From an uncultured Acidobacteriota bacterium (GTDB lineage: Bacteria; Acidobacteriota; Thermoanaerobaculia; Gp7-AA8), in assembly GCA_963741955.1 (NCBI GenBank), contig CAVUKB010000001.1, positions 64,001 through 128,000 on the forward strand: 64,000 nucleotides of DNA, given 5' to 3'. A program made the position numbers and the translations under genes. The notes under the pieces were generated by a model. The model saw only the letters and a list, made by a program, of their open reading frames with translations. It did no database searches and was not told the DNA's origin. Below, piece by piece: positions 1-10,296 of this stretch; the first letter of the stretch is position 1, and the number at the start of each line of letters is the position of its first letter.

Positions 1-1
1 G

Positions 2-541
2 TTCTACGGGCCGAAGCTCGAGTTCCAGGTCACCGACGCGATCGGCCGGCCGTGGCAGCTCGGTACCATCCAGCTCGATTACGCCCTCCCTCAGCGGTTC
101 GATCTCTCCTACGTCGGCGCAGACAACTCCGAGCACCGTCCGGTGATGATCCACCGGGCGATCCTCGGGTCGATCGAGCGCTTCTTCGGGATCATCACCG
201 AGCATTTCGCAGGGGCGTTCCCGCTCTGGCTCGCTCCGGTCCAGGCGACCGTGCTCCCCCTCTCGGAGAAGCATCTCGAGTACGGACGGAAAGTCGAGCG
301 GGAGCTTCGGGCGGCGGGGCTGCGGGTCGAGCTCGACGGCAGCAACGAGAAGCTCGGAGCGAAGATCCGCTCCGCGCAGCTCCAGAAGATCCCGTACATG
401 CTGGTGGTGGGTGAGAAGGAAGAGACGGCCGGAACCGTTGCGTTGCGTAAGCGGACCGGAGGCGACCAGGGGGCGATGACCGTCGAGGCTCTCGTCGCGG
501 AAGCGAAGGATCTGATCGGCCTCCGATCCTTGACTTTGTAG
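2..541 (+). CDS. thrS: Threonine--tRNA ligase, C-terminal part (truncated by window start)
   Basis: The frame reads [27 protein letters not shown]...[13 protein letters not shown]...FPLWLAPVQ...KIPYMLVVG and lies upstream of infC. Confidence 0.97.
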   Translation, partial: FYGPKLEFQVTDAIGRPWQLGTIQLDYALPQRFDLSYVGADNSEHRPVMIHRAILGSIERFFGIITEHFAGAFPLWLAPVQATVLPLSEKHLEYGRKVERELRAAGLRVELDGSNEKLGAKIRSAQLQKIPYMLVVGEKEETAGTVALRKRTGGDQGAMTVEALVAEAKDLIGLRSLTL

Positions 542-558
542 TCCTTTGTCCGTAGATT
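530..558 (+). promoter_or_regulatory. Sigma70-type promoter for infC-rpmI-rplT
   Basis: TTGACT (530-535), 17 nt spacer, TAGATT (553-558). Confidence 0.6.
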
Positions 559-694
559 TTGCCGGCGTGTCGGGACTCGTCTGTCCGGAATTTGCAATGG
601 ATCCCGGCGACGCGACCCACGTCGAGCCTGCAGCGAACCGGCAGGGTGTCCCGCCGGTCGCTGATTATTGTTTCTGATCGAGGAGGAGTGACTT

Positions 695-1249
695 ATCTAT
701 CCACCGCGCCGTTACGGCAGATTTGACCGAAGACCGGCAGAGCCGGAGAACAGAATCAACGAGCGGATCCGCGCCACTGAAGTGCGCGTGATCGACGACG
801 AGGGCGAGCAGGTCGGAGTGATCCCGCTGGTCCAGGCTCAGGAGATGGCGAAAGCGAAGGATCTCGATCTGGTCGAGATCGCCCCGAACGCCACTCCCCC
901 CGTCTGCAAGATCATGGACTACGGGAAGTTTCTGTTCCAGCAGAAGAAGAAGGCGGGAGAAGCGAAAAAGAAGCAGAAGGTCATTCTCGTCAAGGAAGTT
1001 CAGTTCCGGCCGCGGATCGACGAGCACGATTTCAATTTCAAGAAGAACCACGTCCTTCGTTTTCTGGACGAGGGAGCGAAGGTCAAGGCGATCATCCGCT
1101 TTCGCGGACGCGAAATGGCGCATCAGGAGCTCGGACGGGCGCTGCTCGACCGGCTGGTGCAGGAGATCGCCGAGATCGGGGCGCCGGAAGGCTATCCCGA
1201 GATGCAGGGCAACCGGATGATCATGATCCTGTCGCCGAAAAAGCAGTAG
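695..1249 (+). CDS. infC: Translation initiation factor IF-3, probable ATC start
   Basis: [15 protein letters not shown]...[12 protein letters not shown]...FRGREMAH. An in-frame TGA at 689-691 limits the ORF, SD AGGAGG is at 681-686, ATC is at 695, and there is no ATG/GTG/TTG before the conserved INERI motif. Confidence 0.93.
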   Translation: MYPPRRYGRFDRRPAEPENRINERIRATEVRVIDDEGEQVGVIPLVQAQEMAKAKDLDLVEIAPNATPPVCKIMDYGKFLFQQKKKAGEAKKKQKVILVKEVQFRPRIDEHDFNFKKNHVLRFLDEGAKVKAIIRFRGREMAHQELGRALLDRLVQEIAEIGAPEGYPEMQGNRMIMILSPKKQ

Positions 1250-1313
1250 AGATCAGCCAGAGGGAATCAAAACCGGACCCTTCCGGTTGAACCGCAAGCT
1301 CGAGGAATTGACT

Positions 1314-1511
1314 ATGCCTAAGATGAAGACCCATCGTGGAGCCGCAAAGCGCTTCCAGAAGACCGGCACCGGAAAGGTGACCCGTCATCACGCATTCCAT
1401 TCGCACATCCTGACCAAGAAGGCGTCAGGCCGGAAACGTCATCTCGCGGGCGAAGCCATCGTGTCGAAGGCCAACGAGAAGACGGTCAACCGGATGCTGC
1501 CCTATCTGTAG
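1314..1511 (+). CDS. rpmI: 50S ribosomal protein L35
   Basis: [14 protein letters not shown]...HILTKK; position in the operon. Confidence 0.97.
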   Translation: MPKMKTHRGAAKRFQKTGTGKVTRHHAFHSHILTKKASGRKRHLAGEAIVSKANEKTVNRMLPYL

Positions 1512-1623
1512 GACCAACGTTCCGGCCTCGGGCCGGACCCCACGAGCGCGTTCCGGGTTCCGTTCTCACTCCTGACCCGGCCGCTCCGAAGACGCCTTTT
1601 CAGGCAGAAACGAGGAGAGAACG

Positions 1624-1992
1624 ATGCCGAGAGTCAAGCGCGGAAACAAGCGCAAAAACCGCCGTATCAAAATTCTGAAGCTCGCCAAAGGCTATTACGG
1701 GATGAAATCCCGTGGCCACCGCATCGCCAAAGAGCAGGTGGCCCGCAGCCTCAACTTCGCATACACCGGCCGCAAGGACCGCAAGGGCGACTTCCGTAAG
1801 CTCTGGATCGCCCGCATCAACGCGGCCGCCCGGATGAACGGACTGTCGTACTCGAAGCTCATCGCGGGACTGAAGGCCGCCGGATCGACCATCGACCGGA
1901 AGGTCCTCGCCGATATCGCGGTGAACGACGCGGCCGGATTTACGGCCATCGCCCAGAGTGCGAAGGACGCGCTCGGACGCCAGAGCGCCTGA
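1624..1992 (+). CDS. rplT: 50S ribosomal protein L20
   Basis: MPRVKRG...AKGYYG...[12 protein letters not shown]; SD GAGGAG. Confidence 0.97.
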   Translation: MPRVKRGNKRKNRRIKILKLAKGYYGMKSRGHRIAKEQVARSLNFAYTGRKDRKGDFRKLWIARINAAARMNGLSYSKLIAGLKAAGSTIDRKVLADIAVNDAAGFTAIAQSAKDALGRQSA

Positions 1993-2158
1993 GCCTCCGG
2001 AACGTGCTTACGGAATCTTCTGCCGGGAGGGATCTCGGCAGAAGATCTTTCTGTTTTTGAGCGTTTTTTGAGAATTTCGTTCTGTATTTGCGTGCTGTTG
2101 CAGAATGATCTTCTGCACCGCACCGGCGAGGCCCGACTCCGGGTAGAATTCGACCGCC

Positions 2159-3202
2159 ATGTCCGAGACTGACACCTCAATCCTCGACGAGATCCGCGAG
2201 ATGGAGCGCGATTTCGACCAGCAGATCGGGAAAGCCGGCTCTCCCGCCGCTCTCGACGAGCTTCGCGTCCACTACTTCGGAAGAAAAGGGGGTCTGGTTC
2301 CAGCCCTCTTCACCCGTCTGAAATCCGTCCCTCCCGATCGGAAGCGCGAAGTCGGCGACGCGATGAACCAGCTCCGCAACCACATCGAGTCGGAGCTCAA
2401 GGGACGACTCGAGAGCTCCGCGGCCGCCGAGCAGAAGCGGAAGGAAGCGGAGAGCCGGATCGACGTCACGCTTCCCGGGCGCCGTCCGCACCTCGGAAGC
2501 CTTCACCCGGTCACGCTCCTCCGCCGCGAGATCGAGCAGATCTTCCGCGAGATGGGGTACACCATCGAATCGGGTCCGGAGATCGAGACGGACTGGTACA
2601 ACTTCGAGGCTCTGAACTTCACCCCCGAGCATCCGGCCCGGGACACCCAGGACACGTTCTACCTCACCGACAAGTACCTGCTGCGGACCCATACCTCCAA
2701 TGTCCAGATCCGGACGATGGAAAAGTACCGGCCGCCGTTGAAGGTTCTCTCGGCGGGACGCGTCTACAGGCGTGACGAGATCACACTCCGCCGCTCGCCG
2801 ATGTTTCATCAGATCGAAGGCTTCATGGTCGACCAGGGGATCCACTTCGGACATCTGCGCGGCACGCTCGAGCACTTCATCCACAAGATCTTCGGGGAGA
2901 ACAGCAAAGTGCGGTTCCGGCCGAGCTACTTCCCCTTCACCGAGCCGTCGGCCGAAGTCGACATGTCGTGCCTCTTCTGCAAAGGAAAAGGGTGCGGGAC
3001 CTGTTCGCAGACCGGATGGATGGAGATCCTCGGGTGCGGATCGATCCACCCGCAGGTGCTCAGGAACGTCGGAATCGACCCGGAAGTCTGGAGCGGATTC
3101 GCGTTCGGACTCGGCATCGACCGGGCGGCCATGCTCAAGTACGACATGCCGAACATCCGGACCCTCTTCGAGAACGACCTGAGAGTGTTGAATCAGTTCT
3201 GA
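2159..3202 (+). CDS. pheS: Phenylalanine--tRNA ligase alpha subunit
   Basis: HPARDTQDTF, LLRTHTS, FHQIEG, FRPSYFPFTEPS, GFAFGLGIDR. Confidence 0.97.
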   Translation: MSETDTSILDEIREMERDFDQQIGKAGSPAALDELRVHYFGRKGGLVPALFTRLKSVPPDRKREVGDAMNQLRNHIESELKGRLESSAAAEQKRKEAESRIDVTLPGRRPHLGSLHPVTLLRREIEQIFREMGYTIESGPEIETDWYNFEALNFTPEHPARDTQDTFYLTDKYLLRTHTSNVQIRTMEKYRPPLKVLSAGRVYRRDEITLRRSPMFHQIEGFMVDQGIHFGHLRGTLEHFIHKIFGENSKVRFRPSYFPFTEPSAEVDMSCLFCKGKGCGTCSQTGWMEILGCGSIHPQVLRNVGIDPEVWSGFAFGLGIDRAAMLKYDMPNIRTLFENDLRVLNQF

Positions 3203-3281
3203 GGGTTTTCGAAGACGTCGGATCCCGGGCCGGTCCGCGCCGCGGTGCCGGAAGAGCCGATGCGAAATTTCGAATCGCGAC

Positions 3282-3551
3282 TCAGGAGAGGTTTCGCAGT
3301 TCTTTTCCCGGTTTGAAGCGGATGGTGTTCCCCGGAGGAATCTTGACCTCGACGCCGGTCTTCGGATTGCGACCGATGCCTTTCTTCCGCTGCTTGACCT
3401 GGAAGACGCCGAATCCGCGGAGCTCGATCCGCTGCCCGCGCGCCAGGGCGTTCCGCAGCCCTTCGATCACCGTGTCGACGGCTTCGGCGGCCTTGACCCG
3501 CGAGATGTCGGTTGCTTCCGCGACGCGATTGACGATGTCGGCTTTGATCAT
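3282..3551 (-). CDS. HU/IHF family DNA-binding protein
   Basis: MIKADIV...IELRGFGVF...GRNPKTG...FKPGKEL; SD GGAGG before the ATG at 3551; TATAAT upstream. Confidence 0.93.
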   Translation of the reverse strand: MIKADIVNRVAEATDISRVKAAEAVDTVIEGLRNALARGQRIELRGFGVFQVKQRKKGIGRNPKTGVEVKIPPGNTIRFKPGKELRNLS

Positions 3552-3683
3552 CGAACCTCCGAGAGGCACTGATTATAGGGGTCGCGGCGACGCCGGTCAA
3601 ATCATTAAACTACTGATTTCTATTCACTTGGAGTCGGATCAGGACGGTTCAGTGCCGTCTCCTGAAAATGGAGCCTTCCCCGG

Positions 3684-4049
3684 ATGAACGAACGTCATCG
3701 CATCGACTCGTGGCTGAAGCTCTGCTGCGTCTTCAAGCAGCGCTCGGATGCCGCCGAGGCCTGCCGCGGCGGACACGTCAAGCTCAACGGGAACCGCGTG
3801 AAGCCGTCGACCGTCGTCCGGATCGACGACCTGATCGAGCTGACGGAGCCGCGGTTTCGCAGGCTGGTGGTGCTCGGGCTGCCGGAGTCATCGATCTCGA
3901 AGGAAGTGGCCCGCACGATGTACCGAGACGAAACGCCGGAGCTCCCGGCGCGGCCGTCGGAGCTCGGCGGAGAATTCCGCGACCGCGGCGCGGGACGGCC
4001 GACGAAGAAGGAACGGCGGGACATTTCGAAGATCAAGGGTGGGCGGTAG
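3684..4049 (+). CDS. S4-domain RNA-binding protein (Hsp15/HslR-like)
   Basis: RIDSWL...RSDAAEACRGGHVKLNG..KPS and C-terminal GRPTKKERR. Confidence 0.88.
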   Translation: MNERHRIDSWLKLCCVFKQRSDAAEACRGGHVKLNGNRVKPSTVVRIDDLIELTEPRFRRLVVLGLPESSISKEVARTMYRDETPELPARPSELGGEFRDRGAGRPTKKERRDISKIKGGR

Positions 4050-4056
4050 GAGACAG

Positions 4057-4186
4057 TTCGGATTTGGGATTTCGGATTGGCTGTGCCGGAGTCGACGATT
4101 CAGCTGTTTGGCGTCGCTTCGCGGCGATCTCCGGGCGCTGGTCACGGAATCGGTCGGGCTGGCGCAGCAAATCCGAAATCCGAAAT
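4057..4186. repeat. Inverted heptamer tracts (GGATTTC / GAAATCC) flanking ~80 bp
   Basis: ttcggatttgggatttcggattggctg ... cagcaaatccgaaatccgaaat, between convergent genes. Confidence 0.7.
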
Positions 4187-4192
4187 GCGCCG

Positions 4193-5290
4193 TTACACGT
4201 TCACGAACTTTCTGAAATCGACGTTCAGGATCAACCCGATCGCCATGAAGAACATCATGGTCGACGAACCTCCGTACGAGACGAGAGGGAGCGGGATGCC
4301 TGTCGTCGGCAGAAGTCCGATCTGCATCGACACGTTGATGACGATGTGGAAGATGAAGAACGAGATCAGTGCGATGGCAAGGAAGGTTCCACCTCGATCC
4401 CTCGACGCCTTTGCGATTGCGAAGGCCTGCAGAATGAGAAAAAGGTAGAGGGCGAGGAGCACGAGGACGCCGACGAATCCCCACTCCTCTCCGAGGACTG
4501 CGAAGATGAAGTCGGTGTGACGCGCGGGGAGGTATTCGTATTTCGCCTGCGTCCCCTGCTTGAATCCTTTTCCGGTGATGCCGCCCGAGCCGATGGCGAT
4601 CTTCGCCTGCGTCACCTGGTATCCGCGTCCGAGCGGATCGCGCTCCGGATTGAGGAAGGTGAGGATGCGCTCCTTCTGGTAGGGCTTCATGACCGGCGAG
4701 AACCAGACCGCGGGGACGATCACCGCGACGAGCAACCCGGCGATGATCCAGTACCTCAGCCGGATTCCACCGAAATACATCGCCGCGGCCACCAGAGGGA
4801 AGAACGTTGCCGCGGTTCCGAAGTCGGGCTGGAAGAGAATCAGGAGGACCGGGATGCCTATGATCGCGGTCACCATTCCGAACGAGCGGAAGTTCAGGTA
4901 GGCCCTCTCATTGGAGTCGAAGTACTTTGCCAGGGCCAGTGCGGTGAATATTTTCATGAACTCGGAGGGCTGGAACTGGAACTGTCCGAGGTGGATCCAG
5001 GAGCGGACGTTCGCAGTGAGCCGGCCCCACACGAGGAGATAGGCAAGAAGCGCGAGCCCGACGGCGTAGAGGATCGGCGCCGCGTCGAACCAGACGTGGT
5101 AGTCGACGAAGAGGAATACGAGCATCAGGACGATGCCGATCGCGACCCAGAGCATCTGCCGCTGAAACACGGTGTTGCCGAGAGAGAAATATGTGGCGCT
5201 GTAGATGAGCATCAGACCGATCCCGGCGATGACCAGGGCGGTGCCCATGAAGTTGAAGTCGATCCGGGAGACGGTGCGACTGTTCAGCAT
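4193..5290 (-). CDS. rodA: Rod shape-determining protein RodA
   Basis: FQPSEFMK, QPDFGTA, AIGSGG, HTDFIF, GIPLPLVSYGGSS; downstream of PBP2. Confidence 0.96.
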   Translation of the reverse strand: MLNSRTVSRIDFNFMGTALVIAGIGLMLIYSATYFSLGNTVFQRQMLWVAIGIVLMLVFLFVDYHVWFDAAPILYAVGLALLAYLLVWGRLTANVRSWIHLGQFQFQPSEFMKIFTALALAKYFDSNERAYLNFRSFGMVTAIIGIPVLLILFQPDFGTAATFFPLVAAAMYFGGIRLRYWIIAGLLVAVIVPAVWFSPVMKPYQKERILTFLNPERDPLGRGYQVTQAKIAIGSGGITGKGFKQGTQAKYEYLPARHTDFIFAVLGEEWGFVGVLVLLALYLFLILQAFAIAKASRDRGGTFLAIALISFFIFHIVINVSMQIGLLPTTGIPLPLVSYGGSSTMMFFMAIGLILNVDFRKFVNV

Positions 5291-5339
5291 CGAGCTTCCC
5301 TTCCCGATGACGCTCTCGTGATGTCTCGGCAGGTCTTCA

Positions 5340-7292
5340 TCAGAACGACTCGTCGGGTTTCGGAGCTTCCGGCTTGGGGAGCTCGCCTTTTTTCAACTGC
5401 TGGAGCGTTTCGGGGTTCTTCAGATCGAACGTGGCCGACTTGAGTTGATTGCGGAAGTGAGCCATGTAGAGCTCTTTGGCCAGAGGAGCCGCATCGGAAC
5501 CGCCATGACCGCCGTGCTCGACGAAGACCACCACCACCAGCTGCGGATTGTCGCGCGGAGCAAACGACGCGAACCAGGCGTGATCGCGGTACTTGAATGG
5601 GAGCGATTCGGTTCGAATCCAGCCGTGCTGCGCGACGACCTGCACGGTTCCGGTTTTCCCGCAGACGTCGAGCCCGTCGATCTCGGCGTTTCCGCCGGTG
5701 CCGCCCGGTTCGTTCACCACTTTCCAGAGTCCCAGGCGGACGGCTTTCAGTGCCGACGGGTCGAGCTTCACCTGATGAAGAATTTCCGGAGCGACCACTT
5801 TCCGGACCGGCTTTCCATTCGGCCCGCGATCGTCGATTGCCTTGAGCACGTGCGGACGGTAGACGTTTCCTCCGTTCCCGATGGCCGCCATCATGTTCGC
5901 AGTCTGGAGAACGGTGACGAGGAGAGGCCCCTGTCCGATGGCGACGGAGATCGTCTCGCTGGGATACCACTTCCGGTGCTGCTTCTTCTCGGCCCATTCG
6001 ACGGAGGGGACGATCCCGGCCTTCTCCCCTTCCAGGTCGATCTTCGTGAGTGATCCGAACGAGAGCTCCTTCGCGGTCTCGGCGATGTTGTCCACGCCGA
6101 GCCGCGCTCCGACGTTGTAGAAGTAGACGTCGCAGGAGTGCTTGATCGCATCCGCGAGGGTGAGATCGCCGTGGCCTTCCCGCTTCCAGCAGCGGAACCG
6201 GCGGCCGAAGAAGACCTGGCTTCCGCCGCAGAAGAAATCCGTCTGTGGCGTGATCGCTCCATGCTCGAGCCCGGACATTGCCATGACTGCCTTGAAGACG
6301 GAGCCGGGTGAGTAGAGCCCCTGGATGGCCCGATTCTGAAGGAGATTGAACGGGTTCGAAACGATCTCTTTCCACGTCTCGGGGGTGAAACGGCGGGAAA
6401 AGACATTCGGGTCGAAAGCCGGACTGGAGACCATCGCGAGCACTTCGCCGTTCTTCGGATTCAGGACCACGGCCGCTCCGACCAGCTGTTTCTGGATGAA
6501 GTACTGCTCGGCCCGTCGCTGAAGGTCGGAGTCGATGGTGAGGAAGACGTTCCTCCCGGGAGTCGGATTGCGTCGCGCAGCGGTGTATTCGGAGATGGTC
6601 CGCCCATGGCTGTCGACGATCATGTAGCGCGCCCCGTCCATGCCGCGAAGATAGCGGTCGTAGACGATCTCCACCCCCTTCTTTCCGATCAGATCACCCA
6701 TCTTGAGAGTGCCGTCGCCGGCGAGGTCCTTGTTGGTGGCTTCTCCCATGTAGCCGAGCACGTGTGCGGCCATGATCCCGTACGGATAGTTGCGTCGCTG
6801 TACGGTCTCGACCGAGAGTGCGGGGAAAATCATGTTCCGCGCCTCGATCTGTGCGACCTGTTCACTGGTCAGATCTTCAGCCATGGGAAGAGGCTGATTC
6901 GCGAGGACCTGTTTCGCATTCCGGTCCATTCGGGCCTCTAGATCCGGAACGGTCATCCCGAGCACGCCCGCCACGTAATCGAGCATCCGCTGGCGGTGAT
7001 GTGGGTCGGTCTTGACGATCTCTCGCAGATCACTGCGCCGGAGAGTGAGGACGTAGGAGGGCTGGTTGTCCGCGAGAATCTTTCCGTTGCGGTCCATGAT
7101 CAGCCCGCGTTTCGCGCGGATCGGGACCTCCCGGAGTGTGTTGGAGGCCGAAAGCGCCCGATACTTCTCTGCCTGGACTCCCTGGACATACCAGAACGCA
7201 CCCGCCAGAAAGACGAAGGTGAGAACGATGAGCCAGGTTACGACGTTGATTCTGAAGTTCAGGAACTTCTGGTCGTCTCGATAAGCGCGCAT
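5340..7292 (-). CDS. mrdA: Penicillin-binding protein 2
   Basis: RGLIMDRNG, SxxK (PGSVFK), SCD, KTG motifs; in the mreBCD cluster. Confidence 0.95.
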   Translation of the reverse strand: MRAYRDDQKFLNFRINVVTWLIVLTFVFLAGAFWYVQGVQAEKYRALSASNTLREVPIRAKRGLIMDRNGKILADNQPSYVLTLRRSDLREIVKTDPHHRQRMLDYVAGVLGMTVPDLEARMDRNAKQVLANQPLPMAEDLTSEQVAQIEARNMIFPALSVETVQRRNYPYGIMAAHVLGYMGEATNKDLAGDGTLKMGDLIGKKGVEIVYDRYLRGMDGARYMIVDSHGRTISEYTAARRNPTPGRNVFLTIDSDLQRRAEQYFIQKQLVGAAVVLNPKNGEVLAMVSSPAFDPNVFSRRFTPETWKEIVSNPFNLLQNRAIQGLYSPGSVFKAVMAMSGLEHGAITPQTDFFCGGSQVFFGRRFRCWKREGHGDLTLADAIKHSCDVYFYNVGARLGVDNIAETAKELSFGSLTKIDLEGEKAGIVPSVEWAEKKQHRKWYPSETISVAIGQGPLLVTVLQTANMMAAIGNGGNVYRPHVLKAIDDRGPNGKPVRKVVAPEILHQVKLDPSALKAVRLGLWKVVNEPGGTGGNAEIDGLDVCGKTGTVQVVAQHGWIRTESLPFKYRDHAWFASFAPRDNPQLVVVVFVEHGGHGGSDAAPLAKELYMAHFRNQLKSATFDLKNPETLQQLKKGELPKPEAPKPDESF

Positions 7293-7293
7293 G

Positions 7294-7330
7294 GTTATCT
7301 GTTATCTGTTATCTGTTATCGAATATCTGC
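7294..7330 (-). repeat. (AGATAAC)n heptamer tract abutting the mrdA start codon
   Basis: The minus strand reads gataacagataacagataacagataaccATG. Confidence 0.85.
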
Positions 7331-7419
7331 GGTCTGGCCTCTGTCCGGTTGCAATCCGGGAGCCGATGCTGTTCCTTCGCTTCTATTGAATTCAAAATCT
7401 GAAATTCGAAATCCCCGGT

Positions 7420-7686
7420 CACAGATCCTCGATCCACGATCCACGATGCCTTTCAGATCCTCGATCCTCGATCCGCAATGCCTTTCAGATCCTCGATCCT
7501 CGATCCGCAATGCCTTTCAGATCCTCGATCCGCGATCCTCGATCTACGATGCCTTTCAGATCCTCGATCCTCGATCCTCGATCCTCGATCCACAATGCCT
7601 TTCAGATCCCCGATCCGCGATCCGCGATCCACGATCCACGATGCCTTTCAGATCCTCGATCTCAGATCCTCGATCTCAGATGCTTT
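7420..7686. repeat. Heptamer tract (GATCCTC/GATCCAC/GATCCGC) interspersed with ATGCCTTTCAGATC
   Basis: Directly visible between mreD and mrdA; reverse complement of the 53951-54115 tract family. Confidence 0.9.
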
Positions 7687-7687
7687 T

Positions 7688-8194
7688 TCACCATCCCAGC
7701 GGGCGTTTGGTCGCTTCGATCGGCTCTTCGCTCAGGAAGAGCGAGAGAAGCTGATAGACGAGCATTCCGAAGAGCGCGGTGATCAGCATCTTGAGGATCA
7801 CTTCCTGTCCCATCAGCTCGACCGGCTGGCGGAGAAGGATGTTCACCAGAACGTAGATCAACAGCTCGTTGACGATGACCCCTGCGGCGAGTGCTCCTCC
7901 GAATGCCACTACCCCACGGAGCACGATCCGCGAGTTCACGTATGCGACCATGTATCCGACGAGCGTGAGGGCAAAGGCGTGCATTCCGAAGATCGCGTTG
8001 GTGAACGCGTCCTGAACGAAGCCGGCCACGGTTCCCGCGACGATCGCCCCGACGAGATTTCCTCCCATCGAGTAGTAGATCACCAGGATCAGGTACGGAT
8101 TGAAGAAGGCGAGTGCATTCGGATAGAAGTTGTCCAGCAGCGAATGCAACGTCAGAGCGAGGATCAGGCCGACGATGTAACGGAGCCATCTCAA
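7688..8194 (-). CDS. mreD: Rod shape-determining protein MreD
   Basis: Hydrophobic protein with GFVQDAF..AIFGMHAF; TTG start overlaps the mreC TGA (TTGA). Confidence 0.88.
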   Translation of the reverse strand: MRWLRYIVGLILALTLHSLLDNFYPNALAFFNPYLILVIYYSMGGNLVGAIVAGTVAGFVQDAFTNAIFGMHAFALTLVGYMVAYVNSRIVLRGVVAFGGALAAGVIVNELLIYVLVNILLRQPVELMGQEVILKMLITALFGMLVYQLLSLFLSEEPIEATKRPLGW

Positions 8195-9045
8195 GGAGCA
8201 TACCTCACGACGTCCGACGGGATCTTGCGGGTGTGAAGCACCAGGACGTCTTCCAGACTTCCGAAGTCGACCAGGGGCTGGCAATGGACGTTCTTGAACA
8301 GATCGCTCCCTTCCGCGACCTTGTCCACCCGCGCGATGGGAATTCCTTTCGGAAAGATTCCGTCCGTTCCGGCCGTCACGATGAGGTCGCCTCGTTTGAC
8401 GTCGCTGAGCGAGGGGACGTAGAGCATCTGCAGGCCCCCTTCGCCGTCTCCGCGGATCACTCCCTGGCGTCTGGTGCGGTCGATCAGAGCACCGACTGCG
8501 GAATTCGCGTCGATCACGAGCTGGATCTTCGAGAGATCTCTCGTGGTCAGTACCACTCGTCCCACCACACCGGAGGGATTCACCACCACGTCATTGACCG
8601 CGATCCCTTTGTCCGATCCCCGATCGACGATGATCGATTTGAAGATTCCGGCGGTGTCGATCATCACCACCTGGGTGAGCATGGACGGAATCTGCAGCTG
8701 CTCTGAGTAAGAGAGGATCGAGCGGACCCGGGAGAGATCCTCGTACGACCGCTGGAGGATCAGATTCTCCTTGGTCAGTTCGGCGAGCTGGCGGCGCAGC
8801 CGCACGTTCTCAGCGACGGCACGGCGCATGTCGATGTACCCGTGATACACGTCCGACGCTGATTGACCGATCCGGTTCACGGTCCGGGGAATGGGGGAGA
8901 AGACCGTCATCACCATGCGCTCGAACATGGTGCGGGTGTCTCCGACCACTCCGCGGGTCTGGTGACTCGCGCTCATGACCAGGAACAGACCTGCCAGCAC
9001 GATCACGAGGAGAAGTGTGGGGCGTCTCTGTACGGCTACCTGCAT
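8191..9045 (-). CDS. mreC: Rod shape-determining protein MreC
   Basis: N-terminal TM, coiled coil (AENVRLR), IVDRGSDKGI, GVVGRV, GIFPKGIPIARV. Confidence 0.94.
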   Translation of the reverse strand: MQVAVQRRPTLLLVIVLAGLFLVMSASHQTRGVVGDTRTMFERMVMTVFSPIPRTVNRIGQSASDVYHGYIDMRRAVAENVRLRRQLAELTKENLILQRSYEDLSRVRSILSYSEQLQIPSMLTQVVMIDTAGIFKSIIVDRGSDKGIAVNDVVVNPSGVVGRVVLTTRDLSKIQLVIDANSAVGALIDRTRRQGVIRGDGEGGLQMLYVPSLSDVKRGDLIVTAGTDGIFPKGIPIARVDKVAEGSDLFKNVHCQPLVDFGSLEDVLVLHTRKIPSDVVRYAP

Positions 9046-9168
9046 CGCTATCGCGTCGGGAGGAGCACTCTGACTGCTCTCCCGGAGCTTCCTTCCGAAG
9101 ATTCCGAAAACCGGGCGACAACCAGGGCGGCCCGCAAAGAGCGGCCGCCCGACTGTCTGCGATGCCGA

Positions 9169-10290
<1,122 letters not shown>

Positions 10291-10296
10291 TTATTT

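Noticed and set aside
1993-2158. pheM-type attenuator or T-box before pheS
   Set aside because: No Phe-rich leader peptide, T-box motif or terminator was found; only a T-rich patch and a -10 box.
3668-5443. 591-aa plus-strand ORF and similar long antisense ORFs (14659-15996, 32294-33580, 57455-59551)
   Set aside because: They are shadow frames opposite well-supported genes, with no recognisable motifs.
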